Assembly: GCA_009859145.1 (NCBI GenBank)
Contig: VRVR01000022.1
Location: 20,001-268,000, forward strand
DNA: 248,000 nucleotides
Direction of reading: 5' to 3'
Origin: Andalucia godoyi And28
Taxonomy: Eukaryota > Protista > Jakobida
Part shown: in pieces, positions 90,012-102,198 of the stretch
Position numbering within the stretch: the stretch's first letter is position 1
Layout of the letters: each line of letters opens with the position of its first letter
Translations under genes and position numbers: made by a program
Notes under the pieces: model-generated
What the model was told of the DNA's origin: nothing
The model's input: only the letters and a program-made list of their open reading frames with translations
Databases searched by the model: none

Positions 90012-90932
90012 ATGGCCTCATACAAGGATTTGGATAATTGGATTGCCGAGCTCATGGAATGCAAACCGTTGTCGGAAGCCAATGTAAAGCTCCTTTGCGA
90101 AAAAGCTCGAGAAGTTTTGATGGAAGAATCGAATGTCCAACCAGTCCGGTGCCCAGTCACCGTATGTGGCGACATCCACGGTCAGTTTTATGATCTTATG
90201 GAACTGTTTCGGATATCTGGAAAGCTGCCTGACACAAACCTTCTTTTTATGGGAGATTATGTGGATCGAGGGTACTTCTCGGTCGAAACAGTCTCATTGT
90301 TGATTGCTTTGAAGTTGCGATATCGAGACAGGGTTACCATTCTCAGAGGGAATCACGAGTCGCGGCAAATTACCCAAGTGTACGGCTTCTTTGACGAGTG
90401 TGTTCGAAAATACGGATCGCCGAATGTTTGGAAGTATTTTACGGATCTTTTTGATTACTTGCCGCTCACTGCGTTAGTGGAGTGCTCGATCTTTTGTTTA
90501 CACGGTGGTCTTTCTCCTTCTATCGATACGCTAGACCATGTTCGCTCTCTGGATCGTGTGCAGGAGGTTCCACATGAAGGCCCAATGTGCGATTTGCTAT
90601 GGAGTGACCCGGATGACCGAATCGGTTGGGGAGTTTCCCCCCGCGGCGCTGGATATACGTTTGGACAAGACATTTCCGAGAAGTTCAATCATAATAATGG
90701 ACTCACTTTAGTTTCTCGAGCCCATCAACTTGTTATGGAGGGCTATAACTGGGCTCACGACAAGAGTGTTGTGACGGTGTTTAGTGCTCCAAACTACTGT
90801 TACAGATGCGGCAATCAGGCATCGATTATGGAAGTCGACGAGCACATGAATCTGAACTTCCTTCAGTTCGATCCTTCACCTCGTCGTGGAGAACCGCATG
90901 TTACGCGCAAGACCCCAGACTACTTCCTTTAG
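90012..90932 (+). CDS. PPP2CA: protein phosphatase 2A catalytic subunit
   Basis: GDIHG, GDYVDRG, RGNHE, C-terminal TPDYFL. Confidence 0.97.
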   Translation: MASYKDLDNWIAELMECKPLSEANVKLLCEKAREVLMEESNVQPVRCPVTVCGDIHGQFYDLMELFRISGKLPDTNLLFMGDYVDRGYFSVETVSLLIALKLRYRDRVTILRGNHESRQITQVYGFFDECVRKYGSPNVWKYFTDLFDYLPLTALVECSIFCLHGGLSPSIDTLDHVRSLDRVQEVPHEGPMCDLLWSDPDDRIGWGVSPRGAGYTFGQDISEKFNHNNGLTLVSRAHQLVMEGYNWAHDKSVVTVFSAPNYCYRCGNQASIMEVDEHMNLNFLQFDPSPRRGEPHVTRKTPDYFL

Positions 90933-91055
90933 ACGTTCCTCCGAAGACGAATGATTTCAAACCAAAGAAAACAAAGAAAGAACATAACATAAAAACCTGA
91001 TACCGCTTTCAATTTCAGGTGTGTGAGAGAGAGGGGACTATGTCCTTTTTATTCA

Positions 91056-91649
91056 CTAAGCAACGAGTGCCGGGTCAACGATTCGCACGCCATTTCTGTC
91101 CATGACTTTGACAAAGAATCTAGGAGTATTCAAGACAAGACGCTGTTTCACTTCTCGGATGCACTTGTTAATCACTTCCAGCGCTTGCTCAAAGTTCATG
91201 CCCTCGCGATATTGAGAGTCCAGAGTGGAAAGGACAAAGTACGAACCATACCCTTGAGCAGTCGCTTTCATCTGGTGCATTGACGCCATATAATCCATAA
91301 AATACAAAGAGGGACCCACATCCTCGTCAAAGCCACCAATCAGCATGTTCACTTGGTAAGGAGACTGCCTTAAAAACTTTGCAAGTTGCCCTCGGATATA
91401 GTTTGCGGCGGCATCTGTCGAAACAGGCAAGCCGGAACGAATCGTATGGAGTTTAAGATTCTTCTGAATGTACTCACCGAACTGATTTCGGTCTCCAGGT
91501 TCTCCACTCATGGCAATCGCCTTGTGGGAATCAAGAACCTTGATCTTGTCTTCGTCATCCTTGATGGCTACAATGGAGAAGGCCTGAGATGCATCTGCAG
91601 CCAGCAGCACAAAATCAGAACCGACCACGCCAATCAACGTATCTGCCAT
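91056..91649 (-). CDS. PSMB2: 20S proteasome subunit beta-4
   Basis: GEPGDRNQFGEYIQKN, PYQVNMLIGGFD. Confidence 0.92.
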   Translation of the reverse strand: MADTLIGVVGSDFVLLAADASQAFSIVAIKDDEDKIKVLDSHKAIAMSGEPGDRNQFGEYIQKNLKLHTIRSGLPVSTDAAANYIRGQLAKFLRQSPYQVNMLIGGFDEDVGPSLYFMDYMASMHQMKATAQGYGSYFVLSTLDSQYREGMNFEQALEVINKCIREVKQRLVLNTPRFFVKVMDRNGVRIVDPALVA

Positions 91650-92141
91650 AGTGTCGAAGTATCAAATTTGAATAAGAATAAAATCGAAAACGTTCAAAGC
91701 AGAGGTTTTAGTTGACTGAGGGGGGCCCTTTTCCTTTGATTCTTTTTCCCGTCTCACTTCTCGCATTGCAAACAAGTTCAAGTCAAATTTTCGAGTCAAG
91801 TATCGACTTCGCCAGCCGTAGAGCCATCGAAAAAAGAAAAGCAGGCTTTCCGAAACCGTTTTTCCCTACGGCAGCTTGGCCGCTTTGCCAGCAGGCTCTG
91901 CAGCAGACAACCTGTGCTGTGTGCAACACGGCCCCAAGAAGCGTAGCACCTCAGGGGCTTCGACATTAAGCAATCCCCAAGCGATTTTTGGATGCAATCT
92001 GAAATGGTAGCGAGCATCCGGTTGTCCGTCGTGTTTCAGACGCCATGCGTCTCATTCACAATATGTTGGCATTGCACCGAAATCAATCATGGCATCATCG
92101 TAGTCTAGAAAGTCACCCCTCGATGACGTTCCCCTCTTGCA

Positions 92142-93412
92142 CTACTGCCATTGGCCAAATATAGGGCTCTGGGGCTCTTCTCCGAACTCTGATTTTTTTC
92201 TCGAAACGGGGGGAAGGGGTCGAGAAACCGAGACAAAAGTCTTCACGGTGGAATACTGGTCATCTTCTGTTCTCCGTTTCCGATAATGACTGGAATTCGT
92301 CGTCACGCGCTTCCCTTTTGCCTTGCTTGAATAGCTTGTCCATTCGTTCTGCTTTGATCGCTCTATTTTAGCTTCAAACAATGGTGGAACCACAATTTTT
92401 TCGCCCCGCATGGGGTTGAATGTATACTCCGAGCGCTGCCCTTCATTTGCTTGTTCTTTTGTCAGATCATCGATGACGATGTCGGAAGGACTGTTTTCGG
92501 GAGAGATCGTTCTTTGACGAACCGGAACTCCGAAAAGGGGGGCACTAGGCTGTCTTGGAGTCGGAAGAGCATCCAGCAACGACTGGAAGAATTTTTCGTA
92601 ATGTTCTTCGTTTGTTAACTTCGATAAAAACGAATCAAAGATTTCGGCAGATCTTCCACGAAGCTTCGTCAGTTTCTTGAGAACTTCTCGTTCTCTTAGC
92701 AGTTGCTGCTCTAATTCGCGCACTGTTACTTCCCGGTCTCGAAGCCGATCCTCCTGATTTCGGATGGTCGCCGAATGGACACTAACGAATGACTCCGTTT
92801 CCTTCAGTCGAACAGCGCGACTGTCTAATTCCGCTGCTCGTTCTTCTAATATCCGCGATCTTCTTGAAAGATTCGCCATTTCAGTTTCCACATATTTTTC
92901 AAAGTTCTGCTTCCTGTTGAGAAGTTCAATGTCCATCTCCTCAATCCGTCGCCGGAGAGAGTCTCGGCGTTCGTGTAAGCTGACCATTTCCGTCTCTCTC
93001 TTTTGTTTCTCTCTCTCGAGTTCCTCAATTTTGTTAGACTTTTCCCGGATGACTTCGTCGAGTCGAAGATCTTGCAGTTTACATGTGTCCTGAAATGAGA
93101 AAGAAAAAGAAATAGAGTCAGTGCTGGATGCATTAAAAATTGGATGCAGATTGTTTCTACTGGGAACAACATTTGCTGGATACGTACACGAGGACTGATT
93201 AGAGAGTGATTTCGGACTTTCCTGTGATTTCCAACTAAAGGAGAGCCTGCAGTTGTCGCTTGCTTTCGCAAGTGATCGACACGATTCTGCGCACCGATCG
93301 TTGGTCTCTGAACCTTTGAAAGGAACGGGCTTGAAACGCGGTCTTCTCTCTCCATAGTCACCAAAGTTCCTGTGTTGCCTGGTGAAGATTCGATGATTAC
93401 GCCGATCGTCAC
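92142..93412 (-). CDS. coiled-coil protein, probably spliced; putative 5' exon overlaps the inverted repeat
   Basis: ORFs 92142-92987 and 92846-93412. Confidence 0.45.
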
Positions 93413-94222
93413 GAATACCCTGAAAAAGATGTTCTCACGGTTTCAGTTAGAGGGAAGAAAAAACATAACAAACGTTGAGAATGTAAAGTGCTTTGGAATC
93501 TTCCTGCAAAGTTTGCAAATCTGCTGTTTATCGGCAACACAACCTGTTGTAAAAAAAAAAGAAAACTGCTTGGAAGCACAGTTTGATGGCCAACGTAACA
93601 TAGCCCGCTGTTCTGCACCGTTGCACGAGTCAGGGGGTTGGGATCCCCATCGCCTAGAGAGAAGGAGGAACGGAGAGAGAGGGAGACAGAGGGAGAGAGG
93701 GAGACCGAGGGAGAGAGGGAGACAGAGAAGGAGAGGAAGGGCAGGCTCTCGGCACGCCACCAGCCCCCAGCTGTTGAAATCCAAAGTCTCAACCACCGTG
93801 CCCAAAAAAGTCGACTCGCCAACCGTAGAGTGCATTCAACGTGCGTTTTCCCCAACAATCAGCAATGTTCTTTCGATAAATACTGCACTGCAAGCGCCGC
93901 CATTCCAGCTCTCGGTCCATCCTTACTGGAAACATTGGACACCGGAAAAAACAAAAAACGAACACACACACAAACGCCTTATCTCTGGCCAGTTTGTGCT
94001 GGACATTCTCACGTCTCCCACACAGGCCGCATGTCTTGGTGATGCACTCCTCCGCCACATCACCCACTTGCCCACCCGCATACCCCCTCCCGTACGCTTG
94101 TGCAGCAGTCTCCGGCAGCATCCGTGGTGGCTCCGACTCGGCATCATGAGGCTGATGGAGAGAAGCCGGGAAACCACCAAGCCACAGCAGACAACGGATG
94201 GACACCAGGGACACCAGAATGG
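93279..94222 (-). repeat. 944-bp inverted repeat, right arm
   Basis: see left arm. Confidence 0.9.
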
Positions 94223-94641
94223 TAGAAGCTCGTTCTTCTTTGCAGGTTTGACAGAGCCCTTTGATGTGAATGATGCAGATGATGTCCGTTTGGGCCCAAC
94301 ATCAGATGGTAGACGCTGAGAAGTCATAGGATCTTGCGGAAGGGCTGCTCGGCCATGGAAGGCCTGATAGTCAATCGAGCATCTCCCTCCAGAAAAAAAG
94401 AAAGGAAAATCATTTTCCAAAAAAAAAGAAAAAAAGAAAAAGAAAAAGATATATAAAAAATGAAATAGAAGAATGAAGATAAAAATTGGAAAAGCAAAAT
94501 ACCATTCTGTTCTGAGGACTGAGCCGCTCCACGCTTCGATGTTTTTTCCGTTTTCTCCCTTTTTCTTGGCATCCAGTGTTATCTGAGCAGGACGACTCGC
94601 CTTTTGTTACCGAACATGCGTAATGCTCAAGGTTTAAGCAA

Positions 94642-95676
94642 ATGGTAAATGCAAGCAATATTCAAGATCAACCGCTATATTGGTTTCTTCTTGTCTTTTT
94701 CATTGCCCAAGTGATCTACAATGTTTGTAAGTATTGTTCCTTGATGATTCTGAGTCGTCATGTCCAGAAATCTACCTCTACGCAGGGCAGACAAGGTCAC
94801 AGGATTCGTGCGTACATGATAGTTTTTCCTTCTCTGATGCCAGCTCTGTTAGGAGTTCGCACTCTCAATCATCAACTAAACAACATGTGCTCCACGTTGC
94901 TGCCACTTTCCTTTTTCATAATTCTTCTCATCCAAGTAGCATTGTTTGTGTACCAACTGAGGGCCATCATCCCGACTCACTTTGACAGAGTCTTATTGAG
95001 ATTCCGTGGACGACTTGGAATGCTTTACATTTCTTGCTTCATCGTGTGCTCGCTTCCTTGTTTTGCTTTCTGTCTTGCTTCCTATTTTGCACAAGTTGGT
95101 GTATCCATGGGTGGCGTATGTTCGTATGGAGGCGCTACAATCCCAGGGACGAAGGTATCTCTTTGGAATCTTGGGTTTTCCGCTCTCGATCTACTCTTCT
95201 TGGTTGGTAATATCATTTGTGAATTCCGGCTTCGGAGCACCATTATTCACACTCTCGTGAAAAGGGAGCTTTTGCTGTTAGCTCGTTGGCACTCTGCGGA
95301 ATTGCTGCTTGACGTAGTGTTTCGTTATGATTTATTCTCCATGACATTGTTCAGTATTGGCGGAACCAACTCCGCCACGTTAACAATTGATTTTGTGTTT
95401 GACATTTTATTTGAAATTTTTTCTTTGCTGATGCTTGGCTGTGGGTTTGCGTTCTTTCTCGCCAGGTTTGAATTGAAGTTTCTCCGACTGAACAATCCGT
95501 TCTGCAAAAGATGGTGGATGCTTCTGTTTAAGAAAATGGATCTGGAGTGCGATCTCATGGAAGCCATGTCGAATGCCCGATCTAATCTTCAAAGGGTGCA
95601 TCTTCAGGATTCGAAATTGGTTGAAATGCAAGCTCGACTGCTGCAAATCGACTCAGTGTCTCCGAGACCGTCATAA
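94642..95676 (+). CDS. multi-pass (about 7 TM) membrane protein
   Basis: hydrophobic helix pattern. Confidence 0.6.
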   Translation: MVNASNIQDQPLYWFLLVFFIAQVIYNVCKYCSLMILSRHVQKSTSTQGRQGHRIRAYMIVFPSLMPALLGVRTLNHQLNNMCSTLLPLSFFIILLIQVALFVYQLRAIIPTHFDRVLLRFRGRLGMLYISCFIVCSLPCFAFCLASYFAQVGVSMGGVCSYGGATIPGTKVSLWNLGFSALDLLFLVGNIICEFRLRSTIIHTLVKRELLLLARWHSAELLLDVVFRYDLFSMTLFSIGGTNSATLTIDFVFDILFEIFSLLMLGCGFAFFLARFELKFLRLNNPFCKRWWMLLFKKMDLECDLMEAMSNARSNLQRVHLQDSKLVEMQARLLQIDSVSPRPS

Positions 95677-96000
95677 ATCGGATGTGCTGTATCGACAAAA
95701 TATCAACCTCAAGCACTTGCTGATCGGGATCTGGCACCGTGACAAAAATTGCCCATTATGCAACCCATCACGCGCATTGTCTATCTGAAGAACCCTTCAG
95801 CGCACCGGGACTACACCCCCCCCCCCCCCCCGTTTTTTCTTCTTCTTCTTCTGAATTGAATTCACATTCGTTCCCAGTGCAAGATTGTATATGGACGATC
95901 AACAACAGTTCGCCCTTGCTCATCGTACAATGTAGACGTTATGAAACGGATTCCGAGTAGTATTTTAATTTTGAATTTTTTGCGTTGTTGAGCAATTAAC

Positions 96001-97743
96001 TTAACTTGCCATTCTGGATTGCAGTTCCTCGTTCCTCTTGCACTCCTCTTGGAATTCTTTGACAGCCATAAAGTACTTCCTCTGCTGCTCGAGAAGATCA
96101 TTGAATTTCGTCTCAAGGGACTGTTTGGAACCAAACTCATCATCCAGTTTCACATCCACTTTGCTCTTGTTGCGGAGAACATTGTCGATGATACCAGACA
96201 GCTGTTCAATGAATTTCTCCTTTCCTTGCTTTGACGACATTGCCGTGGAGAAGCCATTGTAAATAGAATCCAACAATGACAATTCCTTGGACAGATACAC
96301 CCTTGTCTCATCAAGAGTATTGTAGGAGTTGAAGTACTTGCGAGTTTCCTCCAACTTTGAAGACACCTGTTCGTACAGTTCCGAAAAACGGCGTTCATAT
96401 TGCAGAAGTTCAACTTGCCTGGGAACCATGTCGATCTTTCTTTGGAGGCCGGCAATTTCTCTGCTTTTTGCTGCGAGAATGCCAGACACGCGAGTATGCT
96501 GCTGCAAGGCATCATCAAAGGCAGCCTGCGCTTCCGTTACACCAGACTGATCAAACTTTTCATTGTCGCGCTCTACAGCGTTCAGCTTTGATTTCCACTT
96601 CCGCATTTCAGCAACACACCCTTCTCTGAACAACTCTTTCTGTTTTTGAAGATCCGCATGGGAGGCAACAAGCCTTCTTAGCTTGACGATGTCGTCTTCA
96701 TCCTCCGCCGAAATCACGGCTTTCATGTTCTCTATATCCGAGGTCAGCTTGTTTGTGACATTCTGAACAACGGATAGATCATCATTTGCCTTATTCTTTC
96801 GGGCCAACGCCGCATCACGCTCTTCGGTGGCAATTTTGATGCGCTTTGCTAGTTGGTCATTTTGCTTTTGCAGATTAATTACCTTTTGAGAAGAAGGGTC
96901 CACACGACTTGCTTCTTCTTCCAAGGCTTTTGCTTTGGCATTGTAATCTGCAGAGGCAGAGCGGATTTCTTCGGATTGGATTTCAACAATTTTGGAGACA
97001 ACACTGGAAGAGATCCGGTTGTTATCGTCGGCAACTGTTTGCATCCGTGACTGCTCAGCAAGATCCGCATCTGCATCAACAACGTTCACCTCCATCTGTG
97101 CTTCGGCAGGACTCTTCTTCTTGGACTCCGAAACGACCGACCCTGAGGAAGTTCGGTATTCCAGTAACGTCAAATGGACCTTCTTTTTCGTCGGTTCTGC
97201 GTCCTTGACAGATAGAACCCGGCGAAATCGCCGCTTCGGCCGGTAGCAAGACGACAGTGCTGCCACATACGATTCGTTCTGGACAACGCTGGAAGACAAA
97301 ACAGAACTTTCATATGCAGAGTCGGAAAAATCTGTCAATGACTGCGAGAAAGCAAGATCTGAATTGTTTCTCATCGATTGCTGAGCCTCTTCGCGTGTTT
97401 CTATGACCTTCTTTACCAACCACTGGATCACTGGAAAGATATTGGAAACGTCAAGACCTTGGATTTGATGAGACTGAAGAGGGAACGGACATTTCATTCG
97501 TTTTAAAGCGCGTGTTATCGACTCTCCCATCTTGATTCTCTGACCGATGTTTGAATTCTCCCTGAAAGACACGTCAACATCCACATCAACGTTTGCATTC
97601 GAAATGCACCAAGCCATTCCTCCGATGACTTTGTCGAACGGAGACAAGGAGGAAATGCGCGCTCGGAAATATCCAGCTGCAACCAACATCTCAACGATCT
97701 CATCCAGCCTGTTACGGGCCTCCTCATTCATGGGGACATTCAT
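96001..97743 (-). CDS. CCDC93: coiled-coil domain protein 93 (CCC/Commander)
   Basis: LVAAGYFRARISSLSPFDKVIGG, HQIQGLD, ELLQYERRF.ELY. Confidence 0.92.
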   Translation of the reverse strand: MNVPMNEEARNRLDEIVEMLVAAGYFRARISSLSPFDKVIGGMAWCISNANVDVDVDVSFRENSNIGQRIKMGESITRALKRMKCPFPLQSHQIQGLDVSNIFPVIQWLVKKVIETREEAQQSMRNNSDLAFSQSLTDFSDSAYESSVLSSSVVQNESYVAALSSCYRPKRRFRRVLSVKDAEPTKKKVHLTLLEYRTSSGSVVSESKKKSPAEAQMEVNVVDADADLAEQSRMQTVADDNNRISSSVVSKIVEIQSEEIRSASADYNAKAKALEEEASRVDPSSQKVINLQKQNDQLAKRIKIATEERDAALARKNKANDDLSVVQNVTNKLTSDIENMKAVISAEDEDDIVKLRRLVASHADLQKQKELFREGCVAEMRKWKSKLNAVERDNEKFDQSGVTEAQAAFDDALQQHTRVSGILAAKSREIAGLQRKIDMVPRQVELLQYERRFSELYEQVSSKLEETRKYFNSYNTLDETRVYLSKELSLLDSIYNGFSTAMSSKQGKEKFIEQLSGIIDNVLRNKSKVDVKLDDEFGSKQSLETKFNDLLEQQRKYFMAVKEFQEECKRNEELQSRMAS

Positions 97744-98153
97744 ATGCGGGACAGCAGCTGCAGGTTTGATTTTTTAAAATCTATGAACAAACAAAAAGAA
97801 GATCGAACGAAAACACCATTCAGCGAAGGAGAACCTTTGTGACCCAGCGCCCAGCCTGCAGAAAGCAGCATCAACCCTTTCCGTGTTTTCTCCCGACTGG
97901 TTGCGCCCATTACAGCCGACGAGCATTTGATGCGGATTTGGAATTTCCCTCAGTCCCGAGGATTGTGTTACAGACGCACCACTGACCACACAGCTCCATG
98001 GGAAAAAATGAAAGATGAAAAAAAAAAGCACGAGAAAAGACATGCTAGCGATGACACCAAAAAGAGAAAGCGGATGTGGTGACGCGACCTTTTGCTGAGA
98101 GCGTGGGGCGCCAATTACACATGCGAAAGGAACGGATGCCCAAAAACACGCCG

Positions 98154-98690
98154 CTGCCCCTTATTGCGATATGATGAAGCAATCTGAAGCGTGCATAAAC
98201 AAAAACACTGCTACGCGTCATGCGCATGCGTTTGCTATCTTAAGCAACTCCGTCACACAATGCCCGATTCGTTTCGCCCCATTTAGATCATGAAAGCCCT
98301 ATAAACACGCCGCCGCGTTGCATTCTCGCACAGTGACGCTCATTTCGTATTTTTATTGTCCGTGCAACGCACCATGTACGTCACGCCCGCAACGCTGCGC
98401 AAGACCCATGACAATCTCCACCGCCAGGAAAGATCGCCAAGGCGACAACGACGTGGCAGATATTGACATGAGGCCATTATCAATTCCAGCAGCGGCTGCT
98501 CCGCAAATCGCGCGAATCCGCGGGGGCGGCAGGTGTCGATTGCGACTTGTGACGGAGGAGTGCACGTCTAAAACGTGCGGCCGTTGCGGGGAAATGCATC
98601 GCAAGTTGTGTGGAAACAAGGTGTTGGGTTGCAACATTGATTATGGGCGATCAGCGATGAATTATCCGTGGTTAGTGTACAATGTAGGCG
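98154..98690 (+). mobile_element. Fanzor2/IS607-like element B2
   Basis: GCCG|CTGCCCCTT; VTEECTSKTCGRCG; TACAATGTAGGCG. Confidence 0.87.
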
Positions 98691-98884
98691 TGGAATCGCA
98701 TAATCAACCGTCTACTAATAAATGATTCTAGTTCGCGCACTATCTGCTATCTACGATGATAACTTCACGCAGTAGATAATCGTATGAGAAACGCAAATGA
98801 TTCTTGAAGGGCCCTTTATCGCTCCTCAAAAAACCCCCAAGTGACGCTTCACCGCACGCCACCGGGGTGGGAGGACGATGCATG

Positions 98885-101242
98885 TCAAGACTTAACATCA
98901 ATAGACGTGTTATGCGATCCAAACATAATACGATTCTGCAAAGAAGAAGAAGACATCTTCTGGGTAAATGCGCTTTTCTCAATCTGCACTGTCGGCTCCT
99001 GTATTCCGTTCTTACGAAGCAAAGAGGAAGCAAGCGACAGCACTTGTTGGTCGTCCGCGTTATCTGCAATTTGAATTCCCGCAGAACAGAAGTATCGCGA
99101 ACCGTCAATTGTCCACAGTCTCTCGTTGTGAACCTCAACGACACCGGGCATCCGTCCGATCTCCTGTAACGCTGACCGAAAGCGTTTCAAATGCTTTTCC
99201 GAGCCCCGTTGCAGCAGGACGTCCACAGACTCTCTGACGAGGGGCAAAGCAGACGCGATCACAAGCGATGCGATTGCAAATGACACTATAGCATCTGCTG
99301 CGTGAAACGAGTGATTTGTAATCATGTATGACGACGCCATCACACCGATCGATCCTAATGTGTCTGCCATCATGTGAAGGACGAGACCTCTCAGATTCAA
99401 ATCCATTCCGGTAAATATCTTATCGAATACGGTGTAAAAGCGGTCAACAACACGCCTCCAAACAGACGAATGCGGGTGCCTGTATGTGGGTCCATCGTAT
99501 TCGTGATCCGCACAGTCATGACTGTGTTCATGATCACTAGTATGATGGGAGTGCTGATGCTGATGCTGATGCTGATGCTGATGATGGTCGTGTCCTTGAC
99601 AACCGCCGTGACCACAGTCATGCGCATGCGCGTGAGCAGACGAAAAGAACACAATGCCCGATAAATTGACCAACAAACCGAGAAAACTCACAAACATGAG
99701 GCGATGAGTGTGAATTAGTTCTGGAGCAAGCATTCTTTGAAACGCTTCCATCAAGATGAACGATCCCACACACAACAAAAGGATGCCGTTAACAAGTCCG
99801 CCCACGACCACATATCGAGAATATCCGTAGGAAAATACCCTGGAATTTGAATGGGAGAGCGAGGACATGGAAAGAAAAGACGAGATCAGCGACACAAGAA
99901 CCGCAATGCAGTCAAATGCCATGTGAAAAGCATCGCTGATCAGCCCAAGAGAGTTGTTCCACCATCCGTACAGAAACTCAACACCCATAAACAAAAAATT
100001 GATGACCAGAAACGCCGCCATAGAGCGCGCATCTGCATTCTTGGCAACATGGGAAAAGAAATCGGACAACCCAACAGAGGGGGACGATATCCGAGCATTG
100101 AACTGCGGAATCACGGATTTGGAGGTCAGAACTTCTGAAGCAAAGGGAAGATAGGAAGTCAAGACCTCCCATCCAGACCACACGCTGTCATCATACTCGG
100201 ACGAGAAGAGTAAGATGGACACTTGCACAACGACAAACGCCGCGATAGCAAGAATTGGGGGGACATACGTCCCCGAAAAAATGGACAAAAGGAACATGAA
100301 GCAAAACATGACGGGAAGAGAGATGCGCGCAAGGAATGTTTGACTAACGCGTGCATACGTTACAACCTCCATATAATAAGGAACAACGATAAGGAGAAAT
100401 GCCAAGGAGCAGGACGTCAAAACCGACGAGATCGTCGTGGCTGCGGCAAACTCGCTGGATGTTCGGAAACGAGAATACACGAAGAAGGGAAACAGCAGAG
100501 CACCCGACACCGCGAATGTAATTGCCGTTAATCTTTTTGCTCCTCCAACTTCAATTGCCAATTTCTTTGAAGAATTCTTTCGAACGACAGACAGAAGACA
100601 CGCCACGAACATGTAAAAGAGTCCAAGCAAGGGGCGCCGTTGTTCAACAATGACCAGCAATGAAGACGGAGACAGCGACAACGCGTCTTCACTGGCTCCC
100701 TGGTCAGCAACGTCCTCTGCTTTAGCCTCTGCTGGCGCTTCTGAAAGCCCAGCCGGAAGAGAAGGATCCGAACTTAGAAGAAGCAACAACAAACCGAAGC
100801 CAAGAAACAGAGACGCTCGTGTTTTCGTGTCCGACCACAGATCTCTCCCTGTCAAGAAGAGCAGAAACGTATGAAGCGGGAACTCGATTGCCTCTGCAAT
100901 AACGGATCGCACAAGGCCTAGTTCCTTCACAGAAGACAACCAGAAGGACACAATGAAGACCATCAACGTAGAATTAACAACAACACGAAACCACTGCCTC
101001 GTGGAAAGCTCCTTCTTTCGTTTCCAGGGTTGTTGTATGGTCATGAAGAATACTCCAGAGAATGCAAATATCAAAAACAGATAAATGAACCTATTCGCAT
101101 CCGTCATCACGGAAGAGATGACAGACATGGAGGACGTGCGAAGACAGCAAGCCACTGCGTAGACGAACACAAAAGCAAGTTGCAAGGACTGCGACGAATT
101201 TTGCCTCCCCTTTCTGGGTAAGACATCTTCGAACCAAGTCAT
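98885..101242 (-). CDS. cation diffusion facilitator Zn transporter (ZnT5/ZnT7/Msc2-like)
   Basis: NSLGLISDAFHM, His-rich loop, LHMMADTLGS. Confidence 0.88.
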   Translation of the reverse strand: MTWFEDVLPRKGRQNSSQSLQLAFVFVYAVACCLRTSSMSVISSVMTDANRFIYLFLIFAFSGVFFMTIQQPWKRKKELSTRQWFRVVVNSTLMVFIVSFWLSSVKELGLVRSVIAEAIEFPLHTFLLFLTGRDLWSDTKTRASLFLGFGLLLLLLSSDPSLPAGLSEAPAEAKAEDVADQGASEDALSLSPSSLLVIVEQRRPLLGLFYMFVACLLSVVRKNSSKKLAIEVGGAKRLTAITFAVSGALLFPFFVYSRFRTSSEFAAATTISSVLTSCSLAFLLIVVPYYMEVVTYARVSQTFLARISLPVMFCFMFLLSIFSGTYVPPILAIAAFVVVQVSILLFSSEYDDSVWSGWEVLTSYLPFASEVLTSKSVIPQFNARISSPSVGLSDFFSHVAKNADARSMAAFLVINFLFMGVEFLYGWWNNSLGLISDAFHMAFDCIAVLVSLISSFLSMSSLSHSNSRVFSYGYSRYVVVGGLVNGILLLCVGSFILMEAFQRMLAPELIHTHRLMFVSFLGLLVNLSGIVFFSSAHAHAHDCGHGGCQGHDHHQHQHQHQHQHSHHTSDHEHSHDCADHEYDGPTYRHPHSSVWRRVVDRFYTVFDKIFTGMDLNLRGLVLHMMADTLGSIGVMASSYMITNHSFHAADAIVSFAIASLVIASALPLVRESVDVLLQRGSEKHLKRFRSALQEIGRMPGVVEVHNERLWTIDGSRYFCSAGIQIADNADDQQVLSLASSLLRKNGIQEPTVQIEKSAFTQKMSSSSLQNRIMFGSHNTSIDVKS

Positions 101243-101557
101243 TACAATTTCCCAGGATCGACGAATTGCTGTGAAGCAGCCAGGACAAGAAGAGATGTTC
101301 TTTCGGAAATCAGAAACCAAAAAATGTGCAAGCGGCAAAGGCGAGTTCTGTGTAATAAATATATTGGAGAGAATACCAGCAGTCCAGTGATCTTTTGTCA
101401 GATCACGAACCGCGATTGTAGTCGCTCCACTAGGAAAATGATTCAAAAGATTTTTTTTTTTTCAAGGTGCTTCCGATTTTACCCTCTATTTTCTTCTTCT
101501 CCTGGTCTTTACCGGTTGTCGTTGTTCATTCATTTCTGCGTGCACCCTCTGGCGACA

Positions 101558-101860
101558 ATGACGACTGTTGGCGCGAAAGTACTGAGCTCCGTTGGGACGG
101601 CAGCGTCCTATGCCTGGAAAACAGCAGAATTTGGCGGTCGTGCACTGTGGATTCTTGGGACATCGCTCCTGGTCCTCTACATCCCTGTCCAACATCTTGT
101701 GGAAGTCCAGAATGCGCAAGAAATGGAATTACTAATGGCGAGACAAGCCCAGGAACAGCAAGCAGCAGCAGCAGCATCAGCAGCAGCCGCCTCAGCGGGC
101801 CAAAGCCAGCCGGCGCTTTCAAGCTCTGCTTTGAGTGCCCTAGGAATCGGAAAGAAGTAA
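101558..101860 (+). CDS. TOM22/TOM9-like mitochondrial import receptor
   Basis: GGRALWILGTSLLVLYIP TM segment; short N-terminus. Confidence 0.55.
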   Translation: MTTVGAKVLSSVGTAASYAWKTAEFGGRALWILGTSLLVLYIPVQHLVEVQNAQEMELLMARQAQEQQAAAAASAAAASAGQSQPALSSSALSALGIGKK

Positions 101861-102198
101861 ACAAGTACTGCGGTTTTTGTTGCGATGGCTGTTGTAGTTT
101901 CAACGCGTTTCCCAAGAAATCATTCTTATGAGATACTAAAAAACAAAAAGACAGAGATACACATTTACGTACTGCAAGAGACGAATGACGCACAGGATCG
102001 CGACAATGGAAAACACTTTCAAATGGAACAAAAACGCGAAAGATCCGCAATGGCTTTTTTTTTTGTCAGCACCAGCAAAAAAAAAAAAAAGGATGTCTAG
102101 CGAGCCTTTGGAAGAGCAACTTTAGGCTTCTCTTCGCTCTTGAACGGGGCAGAAATGAACGGCAACGCACCTCCTACGGAGAAGAAGACAACAGCAAG

